From Candidatus Poribacteria bacterium (GTDB taxonomy: Bacteria; Poribacteria; WGA-4E; GCA-2687025): a stretch of 64,000 nt of DNA. The notes below the pieces were generated by a model. It made no database searches. It worked only from the letters and a program-made list of their open reading frames with translations, and was not told where the DNA came from. Shown piece after piece: positions 61,613-64,000 of the stretch. Position 1 is the stretch's first letter. The number at the start of each line of letters is the position of its first letter. The stretch is taken from positions 576,001 through 640,000 of the forward strand of contig OY762492.1 in NCBI GenBank assembly GCA_963665845.2. Reading direction: 5' to 3'. The translations under genes and the position numbers were made by a program.

Positions 61613-63136
61613 ATGAACATCGCCAAAAAAACGCTCGAGTCGACCGTTCTGGTCGTCGCGGAGGACGCAGAGGGGGAAATCATCGGCATCGGCAGCGGCT
61701 TCTTTGTACGAGAAGGTCTTATCGCCACAAACCAGCATGTGATTGACGAAGCGGCGATCATCGGCGTTCGGATGGTGAACCAAGAGCATTTTCACCCCAT
61801 CGATAGCGTCGCTGCGCAGGACGCGGAACAGGACTTGGCGTTGCTGATCGTCTCGTCTTTGAACGCGCCGGCGCTGCCCCTCGGCGACAGCGATGCGCTC
61901 CAGATCGGAGAGCCGATCTATGCGGTCGGCAACCCGATAGGGTTCCTAGAAGGAACGTTCTCAGACGGACTGGTGAGCGGCATCCGCGGCGCCCTGCCCG
62001 ACAGCAAACTGATACAGATGACAGCTCCCATCTCGGAAGGGAGCAGCGGCGGACCTGTACTGAACGCGAAGGGAGAAGTTGTCGGCGTCTCTACGGCGGA
62101 GATTGCGCTAGGACAAAACCTGAACTTTGCCGTACCTTCGAACGCGCTGAAAAAGCTGATTGGATATGTCGGCCGACCGAATCTTGTTGTTCCGACGCCC
62201 CGCCCCCTGCCGCCCTCTTTGCCTGAGCGGTTTGAAGACTATACGCAGTGGGGGCTGCCGCAAGGCGCCAAAGCCCGCCTCGGCAAAGGATCAATTATCG
62301 AGCTTACATATTCGCCAGATGGTAAAACGATTGCAGTTGCCGGCAGTATTGGCATTTGGATCTACGACGCCCAGACCGGCAGAGAGCTCTCTTTGATACG
62401 TACTACGAGCAACGTCTTTTCCGTGGCGTATTCTCCGGACGGTCGGACGATTGCCAGCGGAAGCATAGACAACACGATTCGAATCTGGAACGCGCAAATA
62501 GGAGGCACTCTCCGAACGCTTCCAGGGCATACGAACAGCGTCTTTTCCGCGGCGTATTCTCCGGACGGTCGGACGATTGCCAGCGGAAGCGTAGACAACA
62601 CGATTCGAATCTGGAACGCGCAAACAGGGGACACTCTCCGAACGCTTATAGGACATACTGACTGGGTCCGTTCTGTGGCGTATTCTCCGGACGGCAGAAC
62701 GCTCGCCAGCGGCAGCGATGACAACACGATTCGAATCTGGAACGCGCAAACAGGGGACACTCTCCGAACGCTTCCAGCGCATATTGACAGGGTCTATTCC
62801 GCGGCATATTCGCCGGATGGCCGGACCATCGCCAGTGGCAGCGCGGACGGCACGATTCGAATCTGGAACGCGCAAACAGGCGCGCATCTCCGAATGCTTA
62901 CAGGGCATACGGACAGCGTCCTTTCCGCGGCGTATTCGCCGGACGGTTGGACCATCGCCAGTGGCAGCGCGGACAGCACGATTCGAATCTGGAACGCGCA
63001 AACAGGCGCGCTTCTCAGAACGCGCGAAGGGCATACAAGCTACGTCTTTTCCGTGGCGTATTCGCCGGACGGCCGGACTATCGCCAGCGGAAGCGACGAC
63101 GGCACCATCCTCCTTTGGGACGTCTCAAATCAATAA
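61613..63136 (+). CDS. Trypsin-like (S1C/HtrA-type) serine protease fused to a WD40 propeller
   Basis: GSGF, TNQHV, DLALL and GSSGGP triad motifs; Pro linker; YTQWGLPQGAKARLGKG; about 7 WD repeats. Confidence 0.92.
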   Translation: MNIAKKTLESTVLVVAEDAEGEIIGIGSGFFVREGLIATNQHVIDEAAIIGVRMVNQEHFHPIDSVAAQDAEQDLALLIVSSLNAPALPLGDSDALQIGEPIYAVGNPIGFLEGTFSDGLVSGIRGALPDSKLIQMTAPISEGSSGGPVLNAKGEVVGVSTAEIALGQNLNFAVPSNALKKLIGYVGRPNLVVPTPRPLPPSLPERFEDYTQWGLPQGAKARLGKGSIIELTYSPDGKTIAVAGSIGIWIYDAQTGRELSLIRTTSNVFSVAYSPDGRTIASGSIDNTIRIWNAQIGGTLRTLPGHTNSVFSAAYSPDGRTIASGSVDNTIRIWNAQTGDTLRTLIGHTDWVRSVAYSPDGRTLASGSDDNTIRIWNAQTGDTLRTLPAHIDRVYSAAYSPDGRTIASGSADGTIRIWNAQTGAHLRMLTGHTDSVLSAAYSPDGWTIASGSADSTIRIWNAQTGALLRTREGHTSYVFSVAYSPDGRTIASGSDDGTILLWDVSNQ

Positions 63137-63147
63137 CCCCCCATGTC

Positions 63148-63984
63148 TTAGTCGTAAGCGCCTGGTCGGTGGTCTCCCATAAGTCGCCTCTGTCTCGGCG
63201 TCGCCCGTTCAAGTACCGCGTCTTCAAACTGAAACCTGTTCAGATACGGCGGATACTTCTGCGTGATCATCCGATGCGCGTAATGAACCTGCAGCAGATA
63301 CCGCGTCTCTTCGCTTGTGTTCGCCGTTCCGCGGTGCCAGACGTCGCTGCGGAACAGGACGGCGTCGCCCGCTTTGCATAGGCAGCTCTGCTCGCCGACG
63401 CCGTTCCATTTGCCGTCCGCTTCAGGCCGGCGCCCTGAACGGTGGCTCCCCGGCACAAAGACGGTCGGACCCAGCTCCTCGTATAGATCGTTCAGATAGT
63501 AATGCGCTGTCGTGATGAAGGCGGGTATCTTGACGCGCGGATCCGCGGCGACATCCTCAGGCAGCGGGACAGGCAGCCAGTCGACATGCAGCCCCTGATC
63601 GGGGCGCCCCGGTCCGGTGACCCATGCGGTCATCCCGATCACATGGCAGTCGCCTCCGTGTACCGCTTCGGCGAGGTCGATCACATCGGGCCAGTCGAGG
63701 CAGGGGAGAAATTCGGGCGCGCGGTTGAAAGCGTTGTTGATATGTTTTTGAAAAAAGCCGCGCTGCTCGGCGGTATGGTATTTGTCAAAACTTTCCGGAA
63801 TCGCGGACAGCGCGTCCATGGCGTCCCGCAGGTTTTTGACCTGCTCGGCGTCCATCGCGTTTTGAAAATAGGCGAAGCCGTCCCTGTCAAACGCTTCGAT
63901 GCGTTCTTCCAGCGTGTCAAAAGGGTTCAGTTTTAAAGATTCTCTCATCTGCCAGCCTTGTAGAATTTGAGTTGCGCTCATCAT
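63148..63984 (-). CDS. Phytanoyl-CoA dioxygenase (PhyH) family Fe(II)/2OG oxygenase
   Basis: FDRDGF, LHVD, GPTVFVPGSH, WHRGTAN and a downstream Arg; the start may be 63948. Confidence 0.9.
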   Translation of the reverse strand: MMSATQILQGWQMRESLKLNPFDTLEERIEAFDRDGFAYFQNAMDAEQVKNLRDAMDALSAIPESFDKYHTAEQRGFFQKHINNAFNRAPEFLPCLDWPDVIDLAEAVHGGDCHVIGMTAWVTGPGRPDQGLHVDWLPVPLPEDVAADPRVKIPAFITTAHYYLNDLYEELGPTVFVPGSHRSGRRPEADGKWNGVGEQSCLCKAGDAVLFRSDVWHRGTANTSEETRYLLQVHYAHRMITQKYPPYLNRFQFEDAVLERATPRQRRLMGDHRPGAYD

Positions 63985-64000
63985 ACGGCTTAAGCGGTTT

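Overview
GC-rich bacterial chromosomal window with no rRNA, tRNA, CRISPR array or transposase recognised. By inference it resembles Candidatus Poribacteria: many WD40 proteins carry a YxxW(N/G)LPEGAxARLGKG N-terminal motif, there is a PhyH dioxygenase, and one secreted protein ends in a WANLK-type tail. Housekeeping genes (valS, gyrB, argS, rfaE1-like kinase, ggt) are interleaved with several accessory blocks. (i) A tandem array of seven exported WD40 proteins, mostly lipoproteins (10.5-22.1 kb), with mosaic sequences and a deletion scar. (ii) An ECF sigma factor followed by six tandem ~600-aa cytoplasmic WD40 proteins (27.9-39.4 kb) carrying a near-invariant DNA word, TGGGATGTCCAAAC. (iii) A Pup-proteasome operon (arc-dop-pup-prcB-prcA) that lacks pafA and runs straight into argS. 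(iv) A peptidase cluster (M32, GGT, three M16 genes) containing a DNA methyltransferase-HNH nuclease fusion and a secreted metalloprotease; this cargo and the third M16 gene lie between ~270-bp direct repeats of the M16 gene 5' end. (v) A trypsin-WD40 fusion with near-identical repeats. Intergenic regions hold a 168-bp MITE (two full copies, each with its own 8-bp target-site duplication) and three families of REP-like palindromes.
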